This document shows, piece by piece, positions 38,485 to 48,296 of a DNA stretch of 64,000 bases. The stretch lies in the NCBI GenBank assembly GCA_040220235.1, contig JAVJTO010000102.1. The stretch is one strand, 5' to 3'. This DNA is from Coleofasciculus sp. B1-GNL1-01. GTDB lineage: Bacteria > Cyanobacteriota > Cyanobacteriia > Cyanobacteriales > Coleofasciculaceae. Position 1 is the first letter of the stretch, and each line of letters starts with the position of its first letter. The notes under the pieces are model-generated. The model had not been told where the DNA came from, did not search any database, and saw nothing but the letters and a program-made list of their open reading frames with translations. Both the position numbers and the translations under genes were made by a program.

Positions 38485-39777
38485 CTACAATTCTGCGGCT
38501 TCCGCCAACATGGGATTAATGTCAAACCAAGACCCCTGAGAATCTCGATATTCAAAGACGAACATATCGCGAATCAAAATTTGATATTTCTCTTCTCCTC
38601 TTAAACTTTTCTGCTGCGCTACCTCCCGCAAATAGATCCACTCATCCTCGGTAATGGCTAAGGTTAATTCATTTCGCCGAAACCGAATAATATCTTCAAG
38701 ACAATCTCGTGAAAAGGGTGGATCATCTCGCTCAAGACATCGGTTGATTAGCATGAGTAATTGCCGTGCGTGTCCACCACTGATTTGACACAATCGTTTT
38801 AACGTATCGGGATGATCAAAGAGTTCTGATATCGAATCTAGGCGCTGAACCGGATTCATATCTGGAAACGCCCTCGCTAATACCATTTGTTGCAGCAGCG
38901 CTATCCCTTCTTGACATTCACCTCCTTGGCGCAATTGCACGGGAACCATGGGTAATATTTTGGGATCAACGCCAAATCGATTGGTTAATCGTCCCAAAGC
39001 ATTGGAAAAAATCAAGAATAAGGGAATGGTATAAACAACGTGACAATTCAGTTGTTTTAATTGTTCGCCTCGGTCTACAAATAGGTAAACAGGCTGAAGC
39101 TCACCTGTGGGTTTAATCGTGTTATCCAAGCGGTCAAGATTATCGATAATTACCACTAATCCTTTTTTGCCAATTCGCTTCAGTTTCTCCGTAGCAGGTG
39201 TTAAGAGTTCCTGATTAATTGCCTTTAAAATCCCATTGGTGCGCGGTTCTAAATACTGGCGTAACTGAGAACGCAGCCGGGGGCTGTCTTTCATCTTGGT
39301 GGTAATTTCAGCAATTCCCCCAGGTAGGGAAAACTTGGCTTCGGATAACTCGATGGGGGTTTGCAAGAAATCGCCCATCTCGCGAAACAGGTTGACAAAA
39401 TAGGCGGGTTGTAGTTTGATTTTAACCGCTTCCAAACTTTCTGCCACCGATCGCGCGATCGCGAGTAGGATATCTGTCACGTCAACGTCTGCCATTTCTA
39501 AGACGTGGCTAGACTCAAAATACACAACATGACAGCCCTGTTTCTCTAATCCCAGCTTGAGTTGCTGCAATTCCGTAGACTTGCCACAACCGATATGTCC
39601 GGTAAATAATTGGCAGGTTGGTTTATTGGGAGATAGTCGAGTAATAGTTCTACCGATCTCCTTAATCGTATTACCGCCACGCACCGAGGAAAAATCGATA
39701 TAATACTTCTGATCCTGGGGATTGGCAAATTTCAGGGGACTTGGGTTACAGGCTTGATAGAACTGCGCGATATCCAT
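38485..39777 (-). CDS. P-loop ATPase (AAA/KAP-like) upstream of the STAND-WD40 gene
   Basis: TGHIGCGKSTEL Walker A, VIIDNLDR Walker B, ISGGHARQLL. Confidence 0.82.
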   Translation of the reverse strand: MDIAQFYQACNPSPLKFANPQDQKYYIDFSSVRGGNTIKEIGRTITRLSPNKPTCQLFTGHIGCGKSTELQQLKLGLEKQGCHVVYFESSHVLEMADVDVTDILLAIARSVAESLEAVKIKLQPAYFVNLFREMGDFLQTPIELSEAKFSLPGGIAEITTKMKDSPRLRSQLRQYLEPRTNGILKAINQELLTPATEKLKRIGKKGLVVIIDNLDRLDNTIKPTGELQPVYLFVDRGEQLKQLNCHVVYTIPLFLIFSNALGRLTNRFGVDPKILPMVPVQLRQGGECQEGIALLQQMVLARAFPDMNPVQRLDSISELFDHPDTLKRLCQISGGHARQLLMLINRCLERDDPPFSRDCLEDIIRFRRNELTLAITEDEWIYLREVAQQKSLRGEEKYQILIRDMFVFEYRDSQGSWFDINPMLAEAAEL

Positions 39778-39782
39778 GAATT

Positions 39783-39970
39783 TAAGTGGGTGGACACAAT
39801 TAAAGTTAACGGTTGAGATCAGGGAATAGGGAATACCTCGGTTTCGCTCGGTAACACGCTCGGTAACACGCTCGGTAACACGCTCGGTGTGTCACAGGGA
39901 ACAGTAAGGGTTTGAGGGTGATTTACTTGCACTTGTCAGAGCGTGCCGCTTTCTTTTGTCTGACTACTTA
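39783..39970. mobile_element. MITE-like element with internal 12-bp tandem repeats (CGCTCGGTAACA)
   Basis: Ends TAAGTGGGTGGACA / TGTCTGACTACTTA; related ends at ~40403-40436 and ~62531-62560. Confidence 0.6.
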
Positions 39971-40148
39971 TTCGTTGAACCATAACCTTATTCACCTTTG
40001 ACCATTTACAGGAAAAAACTGTATTAGGTAGAGTTTACACCAGTGGAGAATTGGACATCAACGTCGCGTTTATTTAAATAATATATGCCGTTCGTAGGGG
40101 CGCAAAGGCTTGCGCCCTTTATAAAATGTTACGAACGAACCCGATTAA

Positions 40149-40279
40149 TAAGCTATTCGGCATTTAAACCTTAATGTCAATAATGGCAAAATCATTGCCG
40201 TAGTGCGTTTAGCGAAGCCATGCCGCAGGCTTTGCATCTTGCTCGCTACCCATTCCCAATTTCAATGCATGACAGCTTA
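40149..40279. mobile_element. TA-flanked MITE, copy of the 5633-5760 family
   Basis: Near-identical to 5633-5760. Confidence 0.8.
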
Positions 40280-40439
40280 TCGGTGGGTTACGGCGGATAG
40301 TTCATTAATCATTATCGCCTGAATTTAAGTCCTGCCTAACCCACCCTACGCAACTAATTAAGTTATACAAACAACCATCAAACCCTTACAAATGACGAAT
40401 GACGATCTCCACCGTTAACTTTAATTATCCCCACCTATA

Positions 40440-41873
40440 TTAAGTTGGTGCAGGCAATAATACTGTAAACACACTCCCTTGACTCAGTTGCGATCGCACG
40501 CTAACTTGACCCCCCATTCCTTCTACCAAAGTCTTCACAATCGATAAGCCTAAACCTGTCCCTCCAGGCGAACGGGCGCGATTCTCATCCCCGCGATAAA
40601 ATCTCTCAAAGATACGAGATTGCTGCGCTAAGGGGATACCTTGTCCGCGATCGCACACCTGAATCCTGACTTGTTCCCCCGCTTGGTCTAAGGTTACGGT
40701 AACCGGTTGATCGGGATTAGAATATTTTACCGCATTGTCAATTAAATTCAGCAACACTTGCTTAAGGCGATCGCGATCGGCTAACACTTCAATCACGTCA
40801 CTTGTGCTATCACGATGAATCACTCGATTACTATATTGTGCCGCCATCTCTACGACTTCAGCCACCAAATCATTCAGCACAAACGGTTCTAAATTAAAAT
40901 GCATTCTGCCATGATCAACCCGGGCTAAGTCTAATAAATCTTGTAACAGTTGCACCGTGCGATCGGCTTCTGAGGCGGCAATTCCTAAGGCTTCCTGCTG
41001 AGGTGGGGTTAAGTTTTTCCCGCGCCGTAATGTACTTTGCAGATAGCCAGAAACAATCGTCAACGGCGTTCGCAATTCATGGGAAACATTACTGACAAAT
41101 TGCCGCTGTTGTTCCCACGCCTCAAACAGGCGGTTTAACATATTATCAAACGTTTGCGCTAATTCTTTCACCTCACTCGGCGCTTTATCCAGATGCAGCC
41201 GCGCTTGTCCTAAATCGTCAGCGGAAATGGTTTGGGTGAGTTGACTCATCTGACATAACGGTTGTAGCGATCGCTTAATATAAAAGGAAATGACCACAAT
41301 CATGACGGTAATGGAGAGCAAGCTGGCAATACCCAAGGTGCGAATCAAACTCAAAAACATGGTTTGTTCGCTGGTAATATCCTTTGCCACATAAATCTTA
41401 CCCAACCGTTCACCCTGCACCTGTAAGGGAGTACCACACGCGATCCAATACCGTCCGTTCACCCGATAGAGTTTAGGAATTAGGGGTATCTTTGAGGATA
41501 ATAAATTATTGGTGGGATTAAGCTGTAAGGCTGAGGATTGAGCCGGAATTGAGCCATCAGAACGACGCACCCATAACAGCGTATCCCCCGTAGTTAAGTT
41601 TTCAATCGCCTTTTGCATCCCTGTTTCTAGGGACATAATCTCACTATAAAGTTCTACATCATCGGGGAAGCGATCGCTAAGATATTGAATATGATGTTTT
41701 TGGGCTTTAATCAGGATTTGCTGCATGTACCAACTCGTCCAGATGGCAACAGCACTTAATCCCGTAATCGACACTGCTGCAATGCCTACCGTTAATCGCA
41801 CCTGGAGTGAAAAAAGGTCAAATTTGGGTAAGGCTTGACATAAGAATTTGAATAGACGGCTGGAAAATTTCAT
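40440..41873 (-). CDS. Membrane sensor histidine kinase (HAMP-HisKA-HATPase)
   Basis: Two transmembrane segments, SHELRTPLT, NLIDNAVKYS, DRGQGI, GGTGLGL. Start uncertain (ORF open to 41996). Confidence 0.92.
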   Translation of the reverse strand: MKFSSRLFKFLCQALPKFDLFSLQVRLTVGIAAVSITGLSAVAIWTSWYMQQILIKAQKHHIQYLSDRFPDDVELYSEIMSLETGMQKAIENLTTGDTLLWVRRSDGSIPAQSSALQLNPTNNLLSSKIPLIPKLYRVNGRYWIACGTPLQVQGERLGKIYVAKDITSEQTMFLSLIRTLGIASLLSITVMIVVISFYIKRSLQPLCQMSQLTQTISADDLGQARLHLDKAPSEVKELAQTFDNMLNRLFEAWEQQRQFVSNVSHELRTPLTIVSGYLQSTLRRGKNLTPPQQEALGIAASEADRTVQLLQDLLDLARVDHGRMHFNLEPFVLNDLVAEVVEMAAQYSNRVIHRDSTSDVIEVLADRDRLKQVLLNLIDNAVKYSNPDQPVTVTLDQAGEQVRIQVCDRGQGIPLAQQSRIFERFYRGDENRARSPGGTGLGLSIVKTLVEGMGGQVSVRSQLSQGSVFTVLLPAPT

Positions 41874-42094
41874 CGGAGTGTTGATCGAACTATCATGGTT
41901 AAATACATCCCATTTGAGAGTTGAGCTTTGGCTATTTCTCTTCAAAAGGGATGCATCGGGGAAACTGGGTTTACTTTCAGTTAATCCGATGATCATTAAA
42001 TAAAGATGATTTTTTCCTGATAGATAGATGAGTTTTATTCGTTATGTTGGGGAATAGGGAACCGGGAACGGGGAACAGTGACAGGATGAGACAG

Positions 42095-42480
42095 GGCGGG
42101 TTTTGGTCGAAATATTATCGGTTTCACTATTAATTTTGTTCCTAAACCCGCCCCTACATTCCATCTTATTTATCAATATTCTATTTATCAATAGAACCGA
42201 AAATCGAAATTGGATCGGAAAATAGACCCGATTTTCCGGCGCGTCACCTTACCTTGCCGATATTAACATTCCACATCGGTAGGGGCGGGTTTAGGGATTC
42301 AATCGGGAAACCCACCTCAAACCCAACAACGAAACCCGCCCTATTCCCCACCTACAATTAATCCCTAACCCGATATGTTTTACACCGCGATCGCGCTAAA
42401 GTGACAGGAGGAGACAGGGCGGGTTTTGGTCGAAAGGTTATGGGTTTCACTATTATTTTTGTTCCTAAACCCGCCCCTAC
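42095..42480. repeat. Cluster of three REP-like GGGCGGGTTT...AAACCCGCCC elements
   Basis: 42095-42156 and 42416-42480 are near-identical; 42279-42343 is inverted. Confidence 0.8.
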
Positions 42481-42513
42481 ATTAAGGCTTATCTGTCGAT
42501 CCTCGCCAAACAA

Positions 42514-44934
42514 TCAACGCTTCAGATGTTCTTCTAACAACTGTTGGGCGCGAGGCTTATAAATGAGATAGAACAATGACTCAATATACCGCAACAAATC
42601 CTCCCGTTTTTCTTTCGAGGTGTAATTCCAAAACCCATAAATCCGCGCCAAGGATAACAGGCGGCTGGTGTGAATCTTCCAGGTATAAGTACTGTACACC
42701 CGTTCCATTCCCTGATTGGAAATCTCTAACCAATAATCGGGATTTTGTTCACATTTAGAGAGAAAATCCAAAATCTTCTCAGCCGTCTCTTCCAGATTCG
42801 TGGGGTTAATTAAGAACCCATTCACCTTATCCTGAATAATCTCCAACGGACCCCCAAACTGGGTGCCAAACGTTGGTAACCCGGAAATCATCGCTTCTAA
42901 AATCGTCAAACCAAACGCTTCAAACAGTGCAGGTTGAACAAAAATTCCTCGGTGATCCGCAATCACGCGATAGATTTCCCCGGAATCCCGCTTCGGTAAG
43001 CGCACGCCTAACCAGCGAATTTTCCCATGTAAATTGTACTCGTCGATCAGACGATAGAGTTTAACAATTTCATCCCGTTCTTCGTTATCTGTCGAGTCTT
43101 CCGTGCGTAATTTCCCGGCGACGAAAATCAGGTTACACTGCTCTTGTAACGCTTTACTCTTACCAAAACACTCCGTTAACCCGGTGAGATTTTTAATCCG
43201 GTCAAGACGCGCTATTGAGAAGAGAGGACGCTTTGTCGGATCATCTAACTTACCATAGACTTGAGACGGATCATCTAAAGTAAACAGTAACTCCTCTAAC
43301 CGTTCACAATCGCGAGGCACCCGATCCTGACTCCGAGTATACGGGAAGTAAACCTGTTCATTCACTCCCGGCGGCACCACATTAAACTTAGGTGAAAATA
43401 ACTCAATTCCATTCACCACATGATACAAATCCGGCATGGTAAAATTCTGGTAGGATTCATACTGACCCACACTATCCGGCTTACCGACAATCTCTTGATA
43501 GGTACTGCTGATAATAAAGTTTGCCGCATTCATGGCAATCAAATCAGCCGTAAATTGAATCGAGAAATGATATTGGTCTTCTAATTCCTGCCAGTAGAGA
43601 TTACTGAATAGGTATTTAGACTTTTCCAAGGCGTGAGCGACAATACACTGGGTTACATCCATGCGGCGAGACAGGAGAAATGCCACCAAATTGCCGTCTG
43701 AATAGTTGCCAACAATGAAATCAGGAACCCCTTGAAATTCTGCCCGGAGTTCTTTTTCCGCATCAATTGCATACGTTTCCAGATAGGGCCAAATTTCAAA
43801 CCGAGAAATCCAGTTCTGGGTATAGTTGGGATTAAATTCTCGGAAGGGAACCCGCAAGATCCAAGCATTATCCGTGCCATGAACTTTTTCTAGGCGTTCG
43901 TTGCAGCGTGTGCCATCATTGTTGGGAATTAACCGGGATAAGATAATAACTTTGGGCTTGACATTTAGCAACTCTAACCCAGCCAGTTTAATATCTTCTT
44001 GCAGTTGCTTTTCCAAACTCCGAGCCTGATCCAGGACATAAACCACTTGACCCCCGGTATCGGGACGCCCTAAAACGCCTTCTTGTCCAAACCACCCATG
44101 AATTGAAACTAAGACAATCCGGAAAATCATCGGGATACGGGACAGAAATTCTTCTAATCCCTGGTGATCGGGAGAATCAATCAGTTCATCCAGGATTTCT
44201 AGGGTTTCTCGGACGCGACTGGCGGTATTCCCCCAACCTGCTTCAAACCCCATGTCTTGCAGCTTGAAACGAAAACTTTCATAAGGTTCATTCTCGGCGC
44301 GATCGCTAACAAATCCCAGGGCTAATTTTACCTGATCAGAAAGCTGCTGTTGGCTTTTAATCCGCCCGTTAATTAGCAGTTGAGTCCCTTGTACTTCATG
44401 GAGACTGAGGAAATTAAATAACGATTCTTGCCATTGGCGCGGATCTTGAAACAGTTTACTGGATAGGAAGCGATTCAGGAACTGAACTCCCTTACCAATG
44501 TTTTTCGAGTCCCGAATAATCGGACTATAATCATAAAAGGGTTTAAAATCCAGTTCCAGGACATCCCCTTCATTGGGACGATAATGATTGACAAAGCGAT
44601 CGCGCACATCGAGCAGTTGTTGAATCGCGATCGGCTCAACGGTTAAGTCTTCTAGAATTTGAAACGCTTCTTGTTCGGCAATCTTGGGTCGGATGATTAG
44701 ATAAAGACTTTCTTCATCGAGGATAATTTCCTGGGTGTAATAAATCAGTCGTCCTAGATTCGAGGAATGATAAAAATAGTCCGGTTTTTGTTGGTCAGCG
44801 CAGTATTTACTAAAGTCAGACAGAATATCGTTTCGCAGTAGATACCGTGGACCAGATTGTTTTAATTGGCTAGCAAATTGACGTAAATCATTGCGTTCTT
44901 CACAATCGAGTACATTCTGGATTAAATTGAGCAT
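42514..44934 (-). CDS. susA: Sucrose synthase
   Basis: 806 aa; LGRPDTGGQVVY, GNYSDGNLVA, AHALEKSKY, FVQPALFEAFGLTILEAM. Confidence 0.95.
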   Translation of the reverse strand: MLNLIQNVLDCEERNDLRQFASQLKQSGPRYLLRNDILSDFSKYCADQQKPDYFYHSSNLGRLIYYTQEIILDEESLYLIIRPKIAEQEAFQILEDLTVEPIAIQQLLDVRDRFVNHYRPNEGDVLELDFKPFYDYSPIIRDSKNIGKGVQFLNRFLSSKLFQDPRQWQESLFNFLSLHEVQGTQLLINGRIKSQQQLSDQVKLALGFVSDRAENEPYESFRFKLQDMGFEAGWGNTASRVRETLEILDELIDSPDHQGLEEFLSRIPMIFRIVLVSIHGWFGQEGVLGRPDTGGQVVYVLDQARSLEKQLQEDIKLAGLELLNVKPKVIILSRLIPNNDGTRCNERLEKVHGTDNAWILRVPFREFNPNYTQNWISRFEIWPYLETYAIDAEKELRAEFQGVPDFIVGNYSDGNLVAFLLSRRMDVTQCIVAHALEKSKYLFSNLYWQELEDQYHFSIQFTADLIAMNAANFIISSTYQEIVGKPDSVGQYESYQNFTMPDLYHVVNGIELFSPKFNVVPPGVNEQVYFPYTRSQDRVPRDCERLEELLFTLDDPSQVYGKLDDPTKRPLFSIARLDRIKNLTGLTECFGKSKALQEQCNLIFVAGKLRTEDSTDNEERDEIVKLYRLIDEYNLHGKIRWLGVRLPKRDSGEIYRVIADHRGIFVQPALFEAFGLTILEAMISGLPTFGTQFGGPLEIIQDKVNGFLINPTNLEETAEKILDFLSKCEQNPDYWLEISNQGMERVYSTYTWKIHTSRLLSLARIYGFWNYTSKEKREDLLRYIESLFYLIYKPRAQQLLEEHLKR

Positions 44935-45140
44935 TACAATGTCCCAAGCAGAAATTCAAACAGGATAGACGTCGGGAGATATGACTCCGGAAAAACGCCC
45001 TACTCCAAAGCGGTAACAGCAGAGTAACCACTTTTTTTCGGGCGCGGGGTAACAGGGGTAATTGAACAGGTCAGTGAATAAACACCTTGCTGCACGAGTG
45101 CTTTATACGGTTGAGCCACCCAGAAAAAAGCAAGCAATCT

Positions 45141-46664
45141 TTACAAATCGTAAAGCTGCCCATACTTTTGCCGGATATAACGGATGAATGGGGCGATGTG
45201 CAAATCTGCACCCGTGACGCCCTTGATTAATTCAGCCGCTGTGTACTTGCAACCGTGTTGGTATATGTTTTCTCTTAACCAATTATGCAAGGTACTGAAT
45301 TGTCCTTGCTCAATGTTAGCTAAGATTTCTGGATGAGCGGCTAAGGCGGCTTCAAAAAATTGGCTGCTCATCAAGTTGCCCAGGGTGTAGCATTGGAACA
45401 TGCCCCCAATTTGACTGGTATACCAGTGAACATCTTGCAGAACGCCATCCATATCCGTTTCGGGGACAATGCCTAAATCAGACCGATACCGTTCTCTCCA
45501 GGCTTCCGGTAAGTCTCGGACGGCTAATTTCCCTTCTAGCAAGTCCAGTTCTAAGTCAAAGCGAATCATCACATGGAGGTTGTACGTCACCTCATCTGCA
45601 TCTGTGCGAATGAGCGATCGCACGACTTTGTTGATAGCTCGGTAGAATGTCTCTAAGGGAACATCCTTAAGCTGATGGGGAAACGCGGCTTGGAGTTGGG
45701 GATAGAAGAATTGCCAAAAGCCGCGACTGCGCCCGACGATATTTTCCCACAGCCGAGATTGGCTTTCATGAATACCCGCTGAAGTCCCACCCGCTAAGGG
45801 CGTTCCTTCCAAGGTTGGGCTAATCCCTTGTTCATACAACCCATGACCCATTTCATGAATACTACTAAACAGCGCCTGTCCTAAGTCATTGTCGTAGACG
45901 CGAGTGGTAATTCGGACATCCTCTGTAGAGAAGTTAATCATAAAGGGGTGATGGGTTTGATCTTGTCGTCCCCGTTGGAAATCATACCCCAACTGCTCAA
46001 TGATTTTTAAGGTAAAGGCTAACTGATCTTGAGCCGGATAATACTGATGCAAACACCGATCATCCGTCATCGGTTGAGCGGTAATCGCTTCCACAATCGG
46101 CACTAATTCGTCTCGCAACTGGGCAAACAGCGATCGCAAAAAGCCAGCTTGCATCCCATAATCGGCAAAATCAATTAACGGATCAGCAATATGGTCATAT
46201 CCAGGGAAAAAGTTCGCCAATTCCCGGCTCAACTCCAGGGTTTTTTCCAGATAGGGTTCAACAGCCGCAAAATTATTTTCTGGCCGCGCCGCCACCCACG
46301 CCCCATACGTATCGGTGCGATGGCGAGAAAACTTTGCCATAAACGTGGCGGGAACCCGCGCTGCCCGCTCATATTTGCGACGGGTAACCCGCACTAAACT
46401 GGCTTCATCCGAGTCGTAGGGCAAACTGGCTTCTAGGGAGCGTAAGTCCTCTAGAAGCTCACCCATGGCTGGATCAGTAAATTTGCTATGAGAAATTTGT
46501 TGCAACGTTGCTAACTGTCGTCCGCGAGCGGCTGCGCCTTTGGGCGGCATATAGGTTGCCTGATCCCAATACAACAAAGACGCGGCGGCTTCGATATCAT
46601 TAATCTCACTCAGGCGGGTTTTCAGCTCTAGGAGTTTGGTTTCTGTCTTTTCGATAGTCTGCAT
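45141..46664 (-). CDS. Carboxypeptidase, M32 family
   Basis: HPF, DVRITTR, HEMGH zinc motif, HESQSRLWEN, IRTDADE, LQDVHW. Confidence 0.93.
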   Translation of the reverse strand: MQTIEKTETKLLELKTRLSEINDIEAAASLLYWDQATYMPPKGAAARGRQLATLQQISHSKFTDPAMGELLEDLRSLEASLPYDSDEASLVRVTRRKYERAARVPATFMAKFSRHRTDTYGAWVAARPENNFAAVEPYLEKTLELSRELANFFPGYDHIADPLIDFADYGMQAGFLRSLFAQLRDELVPIVEAITAQPMTDDRCLHQYYPAQDQLAFTLKIIEQLGYDFQRGRQDQTHHPFMINFSTEDVRITTRVYDNDLGQALFSSIHEMGHGLYEQGISPTLEGTPLAGGTSAGIHESQSRLWENIVGRSRGFWQFFYPQLQAAFPHQLKDVPLETFYRAINKVVRSLIRTDADEVTYNLHVMIRFDLELDLLEGKLAVRDLPEAWRERYRSDLGIVPETDMDGVLQDVHWYTSQIGGMFQCYTLGNLMSSQFFEAALAAHPEILANIEQGQFSTLHNWLRENIYQHGCKYTAAELIKGVTGADLHIAPFIRYIRQKYGQLYDL

Positions 46665-47146
46665 AGTCGGTGGGTGATGCTGTAGTATTGGCTTTAGGAG
46701 ACATTGTTGGAAATGTTTCCCAGATTAGTAAATGTACACCTGACAATCGAAAAGGAGAATCATCCCTAACTGGCAGGGAACGAACAGCTAGGCTGAACTC
46801 TAGGCTCTCACACTGACTCTCGTGCTTAACTACGGTAACTTAACGGCAATGGATACATTCGTTGAGTGATAGCGTTGGAAATGGTTGACCCTGATCCGGT
46901 GGAGAATGATTAAACTATCTCTCTACCTTAATCCATTACGCTTAAGACTTTTGCTGATCGACAGACCAATATTGTGCCATTTCTCTGCGACTTCCGCATT
47001 GGTCGCTGATGCTGTAGTTCTATGAAGTGAAGACAATGTAGCGCTACGCGCCAGGGAATAGGCAATAGGCAATAGGCAATAGGGTAATGGGTTATAGAAA
47101 TTTTGTCTCCCAGCTCCCCCAGCTCCCCCAGCTCCCCCATCTCCCC

Positions 47147-47773
47147 TTAGGGTTCCCGATACAATTCAGGCATAGGTTCTTTCTCAATCCGATAAATCTT
47201 AAAGCCCCGTTTAATGCAATTATCCAGGGCGTAGGGGCTATCCAGATTGCTGGTATGAATCCAGAGGCGTTGTGTGCCTTTGTTCCAAGCGTAAGCAATC
47301 CCATGGCTGAGTAAATGCTTGCCTAACCCCCGCCCAAGATAGTTTTCGCGCAACCCAAAGTAGACAATTTCTGTCGAGTAGAACCGACCCGACGGTCCCT
47401 CTCGACGCTTGACCAACTCAATGTATCCGGCGGGCGCTCCATTGACATAGAGAACATGAATACTGGTTTCCGAAGCGGTGAGAATCTCTTGCAGTTCTTC
47501 ATCCGAGTAGGATAAGCGATCGCGCCAACGCCAGGGTTTGCCTACGGTACTGTACAGGAAACGATAGAAGGCAACATCAGGCGTATCCATACACATCATT
47601 TTTATCCCATCCGGGTAGTTGAGATACGCCGGACGGAATTGAGTTGGATCAGTCATCTGGAGATAGGTGATCACCAGAGTATCCGGAATAGGTGTTATGG
47701 GAGGAGAGTTCAAAGACACCGGAATTTGAGTGCTGTTGGGACATGTTGCCGCCTGAGAAACCGATACAGCCAT
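47147..47773 (-). CDS. GNAT-family N-acetyltransferase
   Basis: YFGLRENYLGRGLGKHLL acetyl-CoA binding motif; RLWIHT..LD.P.AL. Confidence 0.85.
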   Translation of the reverse strand: MAVSVSQAATCPNSTQIPVSLNSPPITPIPDTLVITYLQMTDPTQFRPAYLNYPDGIKMMCMDTPDVAFYRFLYSTVGKPWRWRDRLSYSDEELQEILTASETSIHVLYVNGAPAGYIELVKRREGPSGRFYSTEIVYFGLRENYLGRGLGKHLLSHGIAYAWNKGTQRLWIHTSNLDSPYALDNCIKRGFKIYRIEKEPMPELYREP

Positions 47774-48089
47774 CGCAATTCACAATCTGCTTAACTATTC
47801 ATTAACGTTGGGCGATTTGACCGATGGGGCAGCAGTTTATGACTTACACTGTATTCTACGGTGGAATGATTATGATTAAGGATTGCTCCTGCTGTTTGTT
47901 GCCGAGGTCACATTTTCCACACCGAGTTGATATCACTATCAGGAAATGGCAGTACAGGATACCGATGCTGTCGGTTCAGACAACGCGAGTTTACCCATCA
48001 CTGACTCTCTACAACCCAACTTACCCCAATTTTACGTCTATTTTTCTTCCAGTGTAATTTTAACTCAGGTCAATTCGTATTTATTTAAG

Positions 48090-48131
48090 AATTTATCAGG
48101 AGATTCTTTTTTTTTAAGTATATACAAATAC
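48090..48131 (-). promoter_or_regulatory. Candidate NtcA class II promoter
   Basis: GTA-N8-TAC at 48118-48131 and a TAAATT -10 element exactly 22 nt downstream on the minus strand. Confidence 0.45.
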
Positions 48132-48296
48132 ATTCTCCCTGAACCCAATCCCTGTTTTCGCCCAAAGTCCATTGGATTTGCTGGCATTTAGGCAATGGCA
48201 GTCAAACCCGGATTGAACTTTAGGCAGTTATTTTGTGATCCGCAACGCCCGATAACGGTTCATTGGTCACCGGACATTGTTGATGCCGATCACTGC

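Noticed and set aside
39845..39890. CGCTCGGTAACA repeats as a possible CRISPR array
   Set aside because: 12-bp tandem units with no spacers and no cas genes.
40440..41996. Histidine kinase as cognate partner of the DivK-like regulator at 10547..10948
   Set aside because: The genes are 30 kb apart and nothing in the sequence supports pairing.
46665..47050. Long intergenic region upstream of the M32 peptidase as a riboswitch or ncRNA
   Set aside because: No motif or convincing structure that I could recognise by eye.
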